From the IMG/VR virus record IMGVR_UViG_3300032280_000373: a stretch of DNA of 64,000 nucleotides. The stretch is one strand, 5' to 3'. Below the pieces are notes generated by a model. It saw only the letters and a list, made by a program, of their open reading frames with translations. It was not told where the DNA came from and did not search any database. The DNA is from an uncultured virus (IMG/VR IMGVR_UViG_3300032280_000373). Its lineage: Duplodnaviria > Heunggongvirae > Uroviricota > Caudoviricetes. A program made the position numbers and the translations under genes. This document shows positions 37,437-49,500 of the stretch, piece by piece (the first letter of the stretch is position 1; every line of letters begins with the position of its first letter).

Positions 37437-38783
37437 CTAGTTTTTTGATCCTGCATACATGGATTGGTTATTAGCTTCAACACCAGGTTGAATACCAAGT
37501 TTTCCCCGAAGGGCAACAACTTTTTCAGCTGCTTTACGTGCAGCTTTTTTATCAATTTGTTGGGCGCGGCCAAACCTAGTCGTACTAAACTTTCTGAAAT
37601 CTGCTTCCGCTTTAGCGAGATCGGCTCGGGTTTGGGCGAGATCTGCTTTTGCTTTGTCCTCAAGTGTGAATCCTCTCCGACTCCCTCCAGTGTTCGCTGC
37701 GGTTGGTCGTGTAGTATCGGGAGTAACGCCAGCTGAAGCGAGAAGTTTATCCACATCGTTTAGAGTCGGGGATTCGGCTGTCGCAAGAGCTGTAGTGGGA
37801 ACTTCGACTGGCAGAACAGGTTGCTTCTGAGCTTCCGTATAAGGTTGCACAACATCCTCTGCTGGTTCGTTGCTAGCCATCGGTGCTGACGCAGGAGTAA
37901 TAGTCTCTTGTCTAGGGGGAGTTGCAGGAGCAGAAGCTGGCTTGGGAGTTTCAGGGGTTGGGTTAAGGGGGGCAGTTGTGGAAGCAGGAGCGGGTGTTTG
38001 GGTAGTCTTGCTCTCCCCAAAAGTAAACGAAGGGCCAAGCTTAAGTCTCTCGCGCATTGCCGCTCGTTGCGAACTTGTTAGATCATTGGAGCGTTCATAG
38101 CGCCCAGTCGCAGCATTCCATGCGAATCCACCCTCGGCAGCTTGGCTCAACCTTTCACGATTACCCAAAGATTCATTGACCATTTGTATGGCCGTGTTAG
38201 TTGCTAGTTCTGATCTTTGTTCCGGCGAAGCTGAAGCAAATTGAGTCAACGATCCTGGGGCTTGATTGAAAGCCGCTACTCGTTTAGCCTGTTCCTGCGC
38301 GGTAGACGCAGGACGATTCGTCATGATGTCCCTGCCGAAATAATCTTTCCCAAGAGAATAGGTTGGCAGGGGTTGAAGCTCCTGCTTGTATGCATTGGTT
38401 TTGTTAATAAAATCTTGGGCTCTTCCTTCGGCTTGCGCCCGCTCATTGTAAGCAATTTTTTTAGCTTCGCCCACACTAATTCCGCTTAAATCTGCGCGTC
38501 TTTGAATCTCCTCTTCCCCAAGGCTTTCGTCGTACCGAGTGGGGCTACGATAAAAATCTATCAGCATGTTCAAACGTTCCATACGTTTTCTGTCTAGATC
38601 TTCAGCGGCTTTACGCTCAACTTCTTTGGCCATGTCTTTGGCTTTTTGATCGCCAGTAGCTGAAGCTTGTGCTTGCGCACGGGCGCGAGCGTCCGCTTCG
38701 GTCATTGAAGTTTCGTCTACTGGTAAGTATCTGCCCCCTACAAATGGGCCTGGAAAATACTCGGGGTTATCAAAAGGCGGCAT
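37437..38783 (-). CDS. Hypothetical low-complexity protein, possibly internal virion protein
   Basis: 448 aa, Ala/Gln/Pro-rich; own promoter TTGACC-N17-TAATCT-N6-ATG. Confidence 0.65.
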   Translation of the reverse strand: MPPFDNPEYFPGPFVGGRYLPVDETSMTEADARARAQAQASATGDQKAKDMAKEVERKAAEDLDRKRMERLNMLIDFYRSPTRYDESLGEEEIQRRADLSGISVGEAKKIAYNERAQAEGRAQDFINKTNAYKQELQPLPTYSLGKDYFGRDIMTNRPASTAQEQAKRVAAFNQAPGSLTQFASASPEQRSELATNTAIQMVNESLGNRERLSQAAEGGFAWNAATGRYERSNDLTSSQRAAMRERLKLGPSFTFGESKTTQTPAPASTTAPLNPTPETPKPASAPATPPRQETITPASAPMASNEPAEDVVQPYTEAQKQPVLPVEVPTTALATAESPTLNDVDKLLASAGVTPDTTRPTAANTGGSRRGFTLEDKAKADLAQTRADLAKAEADFRKFSTTRFGRAQQIDKKAARKAAEKVVALRGKLGIQPGVEANNQSMYAGSKN

Positions 38784-38814
38784 AGAGATAGATTACAAAT
38801 TGTTGTCTACGAGG

Positions 38815-39015
38815 TCAAGGCTTCTTCTCTAGAATGTCCTCAACGCCGTCCGAGTCTTTGTCCTTAAAGTTCGAAGGATCGCGGGTAAAGATCTTCTTGG
38901 CTAGCATGTACTTCTCTTCGGCGGACATCTCTGTCCACGATTCGGTCTTACCCCTTGGTCTCCAAAGGATTAAGATTACTACAATGCCAACAAAAAATAT
39001 AATGGGCCAGAACAT
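38815..39015 (-). CDS. Small membrane protein
   Basis: N-terminal TM helix FWPIIFFVGIVVILILW; DKDSDGVED acidic loop. Confidence 0.6.
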   Translation of the reverse strand: MFWPIIFFVGIVVILILWRPRGKTESWTEMSAEEKYMLAKKIFTRDPSNFKDKDSDGVEDILEKKP

Positions 39016-39248
39016 TAGGATTTCCCTAACCCAGTTTTTTTCTTCCAGCTTATCGGTTCTGAGCTTACTTTCTTACGCATGGAAGAATTGCACATGGACT
39101 TGGTCGGCCTGCAAGCTGGGTAGCTTCCGCCGGACTTAGCACTCTCACGCCCACAAGGCCCGCCAGTCTTACAGTTAATCCATCCCTTGCCTTTGTTGCG
39201 GGAGAACCAACCATGCAGGCCCTTCTTCTTTTCAAGTTCGAAGCCCAT
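39015..39248 (-). CDS. Small basic Cys-containing protein
   Basis: GLHGWF...WINCKTGGPCGR...YPACRP; TAATG coupling at 39248. Confidence 0.65.
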   Translation of the reverse strand: MGFELEKKKGLHGWFSRNKGKGWINCKTGGPCGRESAKSGGSYPACRPTKSMCNSSMRKKVSSEPISWKKKTGLGKS

Positions 39249-39400
39249 TACTTCTTCCCCTTGTTTCCCCAATTAGCTGCCCCTACTTTACGACATTTGA
39301 CGAGCGCTCCGCTGGCGTAGGCCGAGGGCCATACCGCGTAACGAGCTTTGACCTTGCGAGTGCAAGCATCTGCCGCTTTCTTTTTACCTATTCCGCCCAT
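39248..39400 (-). CDS. Small basic protein (50 aa, not in track)
   Basis: MGGIGKKKAADACTRKVKARYAVWPSAYASGALVKCRKVGAANWG; WPSAYASG motif recurrent in phage proteins. Confidence 0.65.
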   Translation of the reverse strand: MGGIGKKKAADACTRKVKARYAVWPSAYASGALVKCRKVGAANWGNKGKK

Positions 39401-39684
39401 ACAGACTTTCTAGCGGCGATCCGTTGTTTCGCAAAGTCGGCCGCTTTCTTTATCATTTCTGGGGTAGCTTGTTCATTACGTTTTAATTTTTCAATTTCTA
39501 AAAGATTAAGAGTCGGGACAATCAACGGGATTAAAGTTTCTTTTCCGTCAAAATTAACTCCTATGGACTTTTCTGTCATAACACTACCATCTGTTGTTTT
39601 GATTGGACCCATCCATCCGCGACCTTTTGCTGTGCCATCTTCCCGCAATCCATAGTTATTGGTGGGTTGTTTACCGAGAGGCAT
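39388..39684 (-). CDS. Hypothetical protein
   Basis: R.DGT.KG.GW.G...MTE.SIGV...IPLIVPTL...KA..FA..R motif. Confidence 0.65.
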   Translation of the reverse strand: MPLGKQPTNNYGLREDGTAKGRGWMGPIKTTDGSVMTEKSIGVNFDGKETLIPLIVPTLNLLEIEKLKRNEQATPEMIKKAADFAKQRIAARKSVWAE

Positions 39685-39685
39685 C

Positions 39686-39982
39686 TTAGTATTTTCCCTT
39701 CCGATTAGATGGACTAGACTGAGTAGATCCTCCTGGCCCAGCCCATAAATTTTTACAAGCCCAGTACTTGGCGCTTAATTTAGTTCCGGGGTTATCGCAG
39801 TTATGGCGGGCCCGGAAGGATTTGCGCGCGGCGGCCGAGTAGTTGTGGCCGTATCCTTTGGCCCCAAAGTGTACAAGTCTTTCTTTCCCGCCCTCGCAAG
39901 CTTTGACCATTCGCTTTTTGCCTGGCCGTGTGCTTGGCCGAGGCTGATTGCAGGGCATGCTGGCTTTTCCTAGACCTGGCAT
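39686..39982 (-). CDS. Small basic protein (DUF6321-like)
   Basis: VHFGAKG...ARKSFRARHNC...SAKYWACKNLW. Confidence 0.7.
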   Translation of the reverse strand: MPGLGKASMPCNQPRPSTRPGKKRMVKACEGGKERLVHFGAKGYGHNYSAAARKSFRARHNCDNPGTKLSAKYWACKNLWAGPGGSTQSSPSNRKGKY

Positions 39983-39983
39983 A

Positions 39984-40538
39984 TTACTCCTTTGCTCCCG
40001 CCATCCTCGATTCAATGATGCTTGGGTCCATGGCCGGAGTGTTTTCCATAATTGTCTCGAAGTCTTTCACAAGACCACGGAGTCCTTTGGTATACACCCC
40101 AACGTCTTCAGTAAAGTATCCACCCTTCTTCAAACCTTTGGCGTAGTCTTCAACCGTCTTAGCTTTTCTTGCATCCTCATATTGTTTCTTGCTAAGTCTT
40201 TCAGCCCACTTATTATAGAACGCATCGGTACTGGGGTAAGCACCAAACCTGCTCACCTCGACGCGCCGTGTTGCCCCGTATCCCTCGGCTGATGGGTACA
40301 TCGCACCGGCTTCAGAAGCCCCAACCTTTACACCTCCCAGATTGTTTTGTTCTTTGGCTAACTTTGACTCTCCCCAGCCAGACTCAAATGCGTTCTGTGC
40401 CATGAGATAAGAGGGAGGAATCCCAAGAACTTTGGAGGCTCGCTCTGCGTTATTATAAATCTTGTTGAAAAAATCAATTTTTTTCTGGGACATAGGGCCC
40501 AGTTGCTTCTTCCACTCTTCTTCGTTTTGCGGGGGCAT
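39984..40538 (-). CDS. GH73 glucosaminidase/muramidase (FlgJ-like)
   Basis: AQNAFESGWGES.LA..NNLGGVK...Y...LKKGGYFTED..Y. Confidence 0.85.
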   Translation of the reverse strand: MPPQNEEEWKKQLGPMSQKKIDFFNKIYNNAERASKVLGIPPSYLMAQNAFESGWGESKLAKEQNNLGGVKVGASEAGAMYPSAEGYGATRRVEVSRFGAYPSTDAFYNKWAERLSKKQYEDARKAKTVEDYAKGLKKGGYFTEDVGVYTKGLRGLVKDFETIMENTPAMDPSIIESRMAGAKE

Positions 40539-40560
40539 GGCGTTATTGTAAAGACTATTT

Positions 40561-43500
40561 TTACTGTTTCAACCCCTGTTGTTTTTGCATCCGTTCTAGT
40601 TGAGTTCTCATCAATGCGGCTTTCTTGATCGGGTTGGTAACACGGGAAACAATTTCGCGAATTACGTTGGGGTCTTCGGTGTTTAGGATAAGATTGAAGA
40701 TGCGGGGATTGGACAGCACCTTAACCATGTCGGGTCCAGCGAGCTGCATCCAGTCGTACTTTTCCTCTCCGCTCAAACGCTTACCAAGGAACACGGCATT
40801 GCTCAACTCACGCTGGGCTTGTCCCGGGGCAATTGATCCGCTTGCGATCTTGTCCTGAACTTCCTTAACTGCGATATCGGAAAGGGAACTTGGACTCCAG
40901 TCAATGCCCACTCGCTTCGCTGCGAGCAACGCGAATACTCGCTCCTCGGGATCGGCAGAATTGATATCCGCTCCGAGTGAGAATGCCCGCTTGGCCAATG
41001 GAATACCGCGGAGCAATGGAACTTTGATAGGAGTTCCAAGCATCGTAAGATCGGGTCGGGCGATCTTATCTGCTCCAGGGATGGAGGTGGCGAAAGGGAT
41101 ACTGCGCAGGAACGCAGAAGTAATTCCGACTTGGGCAGGTTTACCAGAAGGAGTCTGCATCAAACCGTCGAGCGTTGATTCCAAATCTCGCAAGGTTGCG
41201 TAGGCCGGCACGAAAGTAGTGGCTCCGAGATTGCCGACGAAATCCGAGAACGCCTTGAGTCTTCCCTCTGCACTTTGCTGTTGGGGATAAGCGGCATTAA
41301 ATACTCGCTTGAGTCCGTTCATAAAGGCGAGGTCAAGGAAGCCGAAGCCAACCATCGGGAGGGCAGCCGCGGCCGCAGTGGTCAAAGCTTCTGCATCGCT
41401 ACGCTTAGAGTAACGCTGGGCTTCTACAACGATACCGAGAGGCATAAGGAATCCAACCATACCGAAAGGTAGAGTTTCCCAACTGATAAACTTTGCGTTG
41501 CCGCTTTTGAAAGATCCGATCTGGATGGAGCGACCGCGACCTCCGGCCGCTCGGAAAGCCTTGGCTTGAGCGGGATCGTCTGGGCCATTGTAATGAATCA
41601 TGAATATAGGATCGTCTTCGCGATCAGGTCCCCATGCTCCAGCCGAGCGGAGAACAGCGAGTAGGATTGCGAAAGCTGCATGGCCGAGAACCACCTTGCC
41701 AACTTGGATATTGTAGGCGTTGGTTCCGGGGGTAGGAGCTTCGGTGCGGAACTTAGAACCTTTCTCGGTAAGAGTTCCGGCTCCGACAAGCAGACGCTTC
41801 AAGCTCCAAGCGGGAATCCAGTTAAGACTTTCGTTGGTCAAACTGCTGGCAGTCTTCAAGAACTTAAAGATTGTTCGGGCCGACCAGTGGTTGGTTCTGG
41901 CAAAGGTTTGCAGACCGCTCAACACGCGGCCAATCGATCCTTCGAAATCGTTGGTGAAGGTGGAACGCTTGGCATACTGGGTCGCAAGATCGGTCAACTG
42001 CTGGCCAGCCTGATCTCGGCCCTGCTCCATAATCTCCTCGACACGCATAGCTTTTTGGAACGGGTTGAGGTTAAATCTTTCAGCTTCTTCTTCAGCCTGA
42101 GCGATTGCCATATTCCTAGCCTCCGGGGTGTAGTTCAACAAGCGCATGGCTTCGGCATCCAGTTCGGCTGGGTCGGAATACTTCTGGCCCGCCAAGCGGT
42201 AAGCTTCGGCAATTTCCATGGCCTTCTTTGCGCCGAGTTTATTGAAGGCGTCACCCATCGCCATGGCTTGGCTAACCCACACAGGAGGAGAGAGGAGAGA
42301 ATCGACAACTTTACCGGTTGCCGTGAAGGGGTTAAGAGGTAGGGAAAACTTCAGGCCAAACGGAAGGTTGATTTCTTGGTATGCGTCTTCGATACTTAGC
42401 TTACCTTTGCGGACGTTATCGATCTTCTGCTTCATCGCCTGGAACATATTGACAGTGGAGTAATCACCGCTGGCCATGTCTTGAGCGGCGGACAAGTCAC
42501 CCTTGCGGATAACATTCATGGCATCCCACGCAAGACCTTCACCACCCATCCACTTGGGCAGAGCGACTTGGAAGAGTCTGGCGATACCATTGAATCCTGC
42601 TTTGCCAGCCGCCGTGTTGCCGAACAATCCCTCAACGCCGTTGGTCAAAGCCATCAAGCCGACGTCAGTAAGAACTTGAACAGTACCCCCGTAGGTGTTG
42701 ACGCCAAGGGTACTGACAGACGCCAGCAAGTTAAAGGTTTGGAAATCCACAAGCATGTCACCCCATGCGATCGGAGCCGAAGTTTTAATGAACCCGAGCA
42801 GATCATTCAATGCCTGCTGACGTAGCATACCTTCGGGGCGACGGGCAAGATTCTTAACTCTTTTATCGATCTCGGCTCTCACCTCTGCTGTAATCTCCGG
42901 CAACCCAATGGACTGACGGATCATGCTAAACAGTTCGTCATCACGCAGTGCGCCCAAGTTAGTCGCTTCAATCAAACGATCTAAGGCAGAACGAATCTTG
43001 CGTGTCTTCTTCTCCGCACGTTTTTCCATTCGCCGTTTGATGCTCTCGAGTTCACGGATACGTTCGAGTCTGATTGTTTCGCGGAGTGCGCCCATGAGAT
43101 AACGTTTGACCTTCTGCGTATCTTCGTCGGACAAATTAGTATCCTTGAGCATTGCATCTTGGAAGTTCTTACCAAACCGAACAACGTCTCCGTTGCTTTG
43201 GCGGATAAGGTTCTTGATATTCACCGACACTCCGCTTTGGATATTATCTTTGGAATTGAGCGCCGCCTTAAAGTCGGAAACAGTTAGAGGGAAATCCAAC
43301 GCTCCGTCGATCAAGGGCTCGAGGGCTTCAACCTGATCTTCCGTGTAGTCTGTACGCAAAGTTGAGATCGCCTGGTCCAAAGCCCTCTGGAAAAAGGGCA
43401 AGTTGGCAATACGTCCCTTGAACTTTTCTCCAGCTGTGGGGGGCGCGGGACGTTCGTATTTTTCTTGCAACCCACCAAGTCTCTTGATCTCCTGCCGAAT

Positions 43501-46500
43501 GTTGCGTTCGAAATCTTTCTTAAACAGGGTCATCATCTGAGCTTTGACAGGCTCCTTATCAAGGTTAGCCGCTATGTTCGCCAGAGTTTTAGCAAAAGCT
43601 ATGCCGTAATCCCTAGCCGTATTCCCTGTGGGAGCGACGATAACTTTCTTCTTAGCTTTGGTTTGCTTGGATACTTCACGGAATTTCTCTTCGGATTCTT
43701 CCAAGGTCCTGACTGGGTACTGCAATTTGTTGACCTGTTGAGTTAGCTTCTCTTGAACAGAGATAGCCGCCGCTTTTCCGTAGTTCTCAATCTCATCTGT
43801 GGTAAGCCCCATCTTTTCGTAGTAAGAACGAAGGGCCGAGAAATCTTCAAACAGGACATCGACAGCTTCTGGATCGACTTGGGAAACGATATTAATGTGG
43901 GCCAACAATGCTTCTGCCAAGTCATTGATTGCGTCTTTGTTGAGACGGATTTCGTCATCGGGACGGCTAGCGGCAGATACTTTACCCAGCCGGCGTTTAA
44001 ATCTCTGCAAGCTTTCGACAACAACCTGGTCTTGGTTCGCACGGCGCAAAGCTTCGAGCAGTCCAGAAACGCGTCCCGATGTTGGGGTTTTCGGCGTTAG
44101 TTCTTCAAGCTTATCGATAACTTTCTTGACCCCAGGATTAGAGAGAAGTTCATTGACTGCTTTCCCGTTGGCGTTGGCCAGGCTCAAATCAATATCATTC
44201 AACTCAGGTAGATAAGGTTCAATCCTATGCTTGGCTGCCTGCTCGAGAGTTTTGTTGATGACGAAGTTCATGGCCGTTGGTTTCCCGGCTACGATGTTGA
44301 ATACCTTGGCCAACTCGACCGAACGTCCAGCCTCAGTAAAGTATTTCTTTGTCAGGAAGATTTGGAGATTGGCCATATCCTCGGCCGCATCTGGGTCTTC
44401 ATCTGCCCGGGCGTTTAGATCAGATACAACTTGCAAGGCAATGGCAGTTTCAAGAGAGAAGGGAATTGCTAGGTTGTCGGCCAGCAATAGAGAAACAGTT
44501 TGCTCAACGCCGTGAAGCTCGACGAAGTCGCGGGCTTTCTGCATGAGAACTTCTTTGGGCTGTTGTTTGTACTCAGCCGCGTTCCGCATATAGTGTTCAA
44601 TCTCAGGGTTGGCCTGAAGATCGGCAAGCTTGTTGACGGCCTTGGAGTATTCAATTCTTCCAGCGGGCGAAGCTCCGGCCCCACGGACGGGACCAACTTT
44701 AGAGAAGACATAGGCGTAGCTGGTCGAATTTTGGATTCTGTAGTACAGCAATTTACGTTTTTCAAACGGGTAGCTTTCGCCTTCGAAGTTAATTGGCTGG
44801 TTCTTATTGATCTTATAAAGAGTATTGATGGTAGATACCAAAGCCTGATTGGGTGTCTTCTCAACCCCAGACACAACCTCATACCCGGGCAACGCAAGAT
44901 TGTACCGGATGAATGGCTTGGCGGGAGTGGACATCAACCTCAAGTCCACAGTATGAATCCGAGTATCTGGCTTAAGCCGTTGGTCTAACGGGATTGGGTT
45001 GTTGTTTGAGTCAAAAGTAATGGGGTCGGCGGAGCCAATCGCTACGGGTAGAATTACGGCACCCGACCAATTCCTGCGCGCCCTTTCCAAAGCGTGCTGG
45101 AAGTTGAGTCCCTTCATCCCATCAATGAAAGCCTCTTGACCTTCGAACTTAACGGCGACAACAATCTCTGTGGAGTATTGAGACTGATCATACATTTGGT
45201 TATCCGTTCCGTCAGCCTTAAAGCCAACGTAAGCAAGAGGAGTATTGGCGTAGTTGGTCGACGGGTATGGGCGGGCAAATCGCAGGGCGGCTTTCTCAAA
45301 GATCCTGCCAGCCAATTCACGTTGGTTGTTGGCGACAGCTTGGTTGTAGTCGGCTTTCTCCTGTTCGGTTACACGGAGTGAAACAGGAGAACTCCCAACT
45401 GCGGCTCTCCGCGGGAAGCGTTGCTTGATATCTATCACGGTGCCGCGACTATCCCTAACAATGGGATCGGCTTGTTTGATCTGGGTATTGGAGAAAACAA
45501 TGTACGAATCAGACGGGACAAATGTTCTGCCAGCCGCTTCGTCAGCGATCTTTCCTTCAAAGTTATTGGTATATACCACACCATCATATCCCTTTTGGAT
45601 AAGGATTCTTTGAAGCGCAGATTCTCTGAAGCCACCAGTCTTTCTCAGGTTAGCAATAGCCTCATACTCTTCTTGGGTAATGGTTTTAGAGGCGAGCAAC
45701 TGCGGGGCAATAGAATCAAAATTCCACTTACCGTTTTTTGGATCTTCAAGGCGGATGGGGTTAACCAGTTTGATAGCAGCTCGATAAACATTCTTTCCAG
45801 AGCTTTCCGCCTGCTCGAAACGCGACCCGAAGTGAGCCCCAAACTGCGGACTCTTGGTCGAGCTAGTACTTTCAAATACCTGCTTGGGGTCCGTCGAGAA
45901 CGCGGGGAACGCCTCGGCAGAAGTTCCATGCCAGACACCAACGAGGTTAAATCCTTCAGCCCTAAGATTGTCGTCTACAATTTTCTGGGCTAGCAGAATA
46001 TTCTGAGACAGAACAGCGGCTTTATAAATTGCGTTCTCATCCTGTTCAGCAGGAGATTCTCCATCATTGAAAGCGGCAATCTTTTCGCGTAGGGCGAGAA
46101 CTTCCTTGCGCATCTTCATCCATTGTGCGCGTTCGGCTTTTGCCTCTTTACTTTCCTCACCCGTCTCAACATTAATGATAGGGAAAGCCCCGCTGCGGTC
46201 GTCACCCAGCACATCAATATCGTCAATGACCAACTTCAAGGCATTCAACTGCCATGCTTCAGTGGAGGTGTCTTGTTCAAGGGGTTCGGATTCTTCCAAG
46301 GAATCGATCCTAGCTTGGACTTCGTCTCGGCTGGGTTTGGGTAGAGATTCGATAATCCCCGCAACCGTCACGCCGGCCTTCTTCATGTTGTCGACCTGCC
46401 TGTTGACGCTTACGGGGGACTTGGTGAATGGGACGAAAGCTTCCGCGGGCAGTACAATTCCACCTTCCTCAAGAGGAGTTTCGATCAAATCTTCCGTAAC

Positions 46501-49500
46501 TTTAAGAGCATTATTGTTAATAACATAAAGGCTGGCTTTGCCATCACGTAAGGCCATCTCCGTGGCCGCTTTGTAAATCATGTACTCTTCTTTTGTAATC
46601 AGCCCGCCATTGAAAGCGCCGGTTAAAGCGTTTATCCATTGGGTTATTGGCATTGTCCTTGCGTTGTCATTCGCGGGCATGACGCCAAGAATTCCGGTTG
46701 CAAGATTTCCTTCGAGGAAGTTATTGATCTGGCGGTAAAGCCGAAGATCTCCGTAATCAAGTTTGGTGGGCTGGCGCAAAGCGTTCGGGGATTCCCCAGT
46801 AAAGACTTCCTCCTTAGGAGAGATCTCGCTCACAAGATTCTCTAGATCTTTTCTAACTTCCTCCAAAGCTGATCTCAAAGCCTGAGCATTTGGAGCCTTG
46901 GACGTACCTAGCTTAGTCTCTACTCCCGACAACGTATCAATAAAGTTCTTCAACCATTCTAACAATTTCTCAATGAACCCAGGGTTCTCGTCAGCCGTCA
47001 TCGTTTTGATAAGATTATAAGCCCTTACAGCTTCTTGACGATTTTGACCAATAGCGGAAATTTCTGTAGTTCTCCCAAATGTTCTTAACTGGGTAAGAAT
47101 TCTTTTGTACTCAAGAGCGACCAAATAAGGATCGTTCATGAGAGTATTGACATTCTTCTGCGCGGCTTCGTTGTTGATGGGGATTCCGTGCTTTATATAA
47201 TACAGTTCAGCGACAAGACGACGTAACCCCGGGCTCATCATTCTTCCAAGTCGTGTATTCTCTTGCTCCACATCCTCACCACGTGCCCTTGAATTTCTGA
47301 AATCTTCAACGTGAATAATTTCTTCAGCGAGAATTTTAGCGATGTATTCATTCGCTTGTTCTTCGGTTAAATTGAACTGCTCAATAGCTGCAAGAATTCC
47401 CTCCGGGTTAATTACGATCTTATCGTCTTCATCGCTTTGCCCCGGGAAAGCCAGACCCGTACCATCGGCTTCGTTGTCAAACTGAACATTGTAGTTACCG
47501 TCTGGGTACACTTCTTGAAGAGCCGCGGTAACCTTATTCTCAATTCTGGAAGCCGGCGTTTCGGCTTTTGGGGCAGGCTCAACCTTGATGGTCTGAGTCT
47601 TTGCTCCCTCAACTTGAGTCGGCTCTGGCTTGAAGGTGGGCTTGTTAATCGGATTGTTGTTGACGTCCAGCTTATCAAAGCCTGCTTCCATGGTTGCGTT
47701 AAGCGCCCGGATACGAGCAGAGTGGCGATCCAAAGCCCACTGATCGGCGTCGGTATCGGAGATGAACATGTACACATCAACAGGGCTGGCCGTGTCTAGA
47801 CGCCACGCACGATAGATACCTTGGACGGTATCGATAGCTGTGACAGAAGGAGTGAGCATGATAATCGAACGACGACGTCCACCGTTGGCTGGACCAAACT
47901 TATCGTCCAATTCAATACCAACTCCACCCTTGTTTAAGGTTGTGATAAGAACGTCGGCATTCTGTTTGTTGAACAAGTCGATCGATTGTTTATCCTGACC
48001 CTTCGGTCCTTTGGCTTCTCCGTGGAGTTCAGCCACAACCGCGGCCGATTTGCGACGGGCGAGTTCTTTGCGGATAAGATCTGCTGTACCTTTTAACCCC
48101 AAGATATACTCGTCAGTAACTGGGTTATTGATCTCAGAATCCTTTACATAGGAAACATACAGCACTACTTGTCGACCGAGTGCTACTTCTTTTTCGATCA
48201 AGTCGCAAGCGGCATTAACTTTAAACTCTTCTAACGCGCGTCTTTGAGAAATAATTAGATTAATCTCGGCCCCAGGAGTTTCAGGATTGGGGTACTTTTG
48301 GCGAATGAAATCCAAACGTTCTTTGGCTTCTTCGGATACTGGAACGTCGACTCGGTTGACGGTTACTCCGCCTTCCAACGAGAACGATCTGGAAGAAAAC
48401 AATCCGATACTAGATAATCCCTTGAGGAGTTTTGACTGCCTATCGTCGAGTTCTTCTAACGATAACGCGGGGTCTGCAATCCATGTTGAGCGGTTACTCT
48501 TGCCAAGCTTGGCCTTAACCTGGCCTAAGCCCTTCATTACCTGGTCGAAGGAGGCTTTGTCGAAAATACCTAGACGCTCATAAGCTTTGAGTTGTTCGGG
48601 TTTCTCGAATGGGGTTCCAGATGCAAACAAAACTTTGTCCGCTAGCAAAGATATTTCAAGAGCTAGAGGGGCTTCTTTCTGACCCTTCTCCTGAGCCTTG
48701 TGAACACCACGAACGCTTTGATGTTCGTCGAACAAAACCACAGCATCCGGGTTTTCTCTAACTACTTTGGCGACGTCGTCGATGTAATTATAAGTTGTGA
48801 CAACTACTTTCCCGGGGAAAAGCTCGGTAAGCCCGGGCCCTTCTTTCGCTCCACGGACAACAAGCGGAACGCCGAGAGCTTCTGCTGCTGTCGCTATCGA
48901 CCCCTCAACCCGACTGTTCAACCAATCAATATTCTTGAATGATGTGGCCGAACTGATGTAGATAACTTTCTTACCCTGTTCGGCGTAGTGCTTTGCCGCG
49001 CCCATGAGAACGAAACTCTTCCCAGTTCCGGGTCCGTTGGCCAACAAGAATGCCCGTTGCTGAGATTCATCCATCGCTGAGATGGCCGAAACAAGATCAT
49101 AAATCTGTTCCTTGAACAGAATCTGAAGCGTAGCGGGGCTGATTGTTTTTCTTACATTCGGGTTGATTTGACTGTGGGCTCCGAAGGGGAAGACGAACTT
49201 CTTGGGGAGGGCTGGACCTTTGCCCCGAACCCCCACTGCCTCTGTGCCAACAACTCCTCCGGACTTAGGAAGTTGTCCTGACTCTCCTGCTTCAACGACT
49301 GCATCACCTCCTGCGGGCTTTTGCGTGGGCTGTTTCCCCTCGGGTCTGGTAACGGCACTGGGCTCAGGTTGAGTTGTCCCAGCAGTTTCTGTCGTAATGA
49401 CTGTGGGGGATACGACACCTTTGGTTCGCTTAGAGAGGTTTTTGACGGCTCGTTCGTCAGAGTCTTTTGCGGCTTCATCTTCTGCTGTTTCATATTTTGC

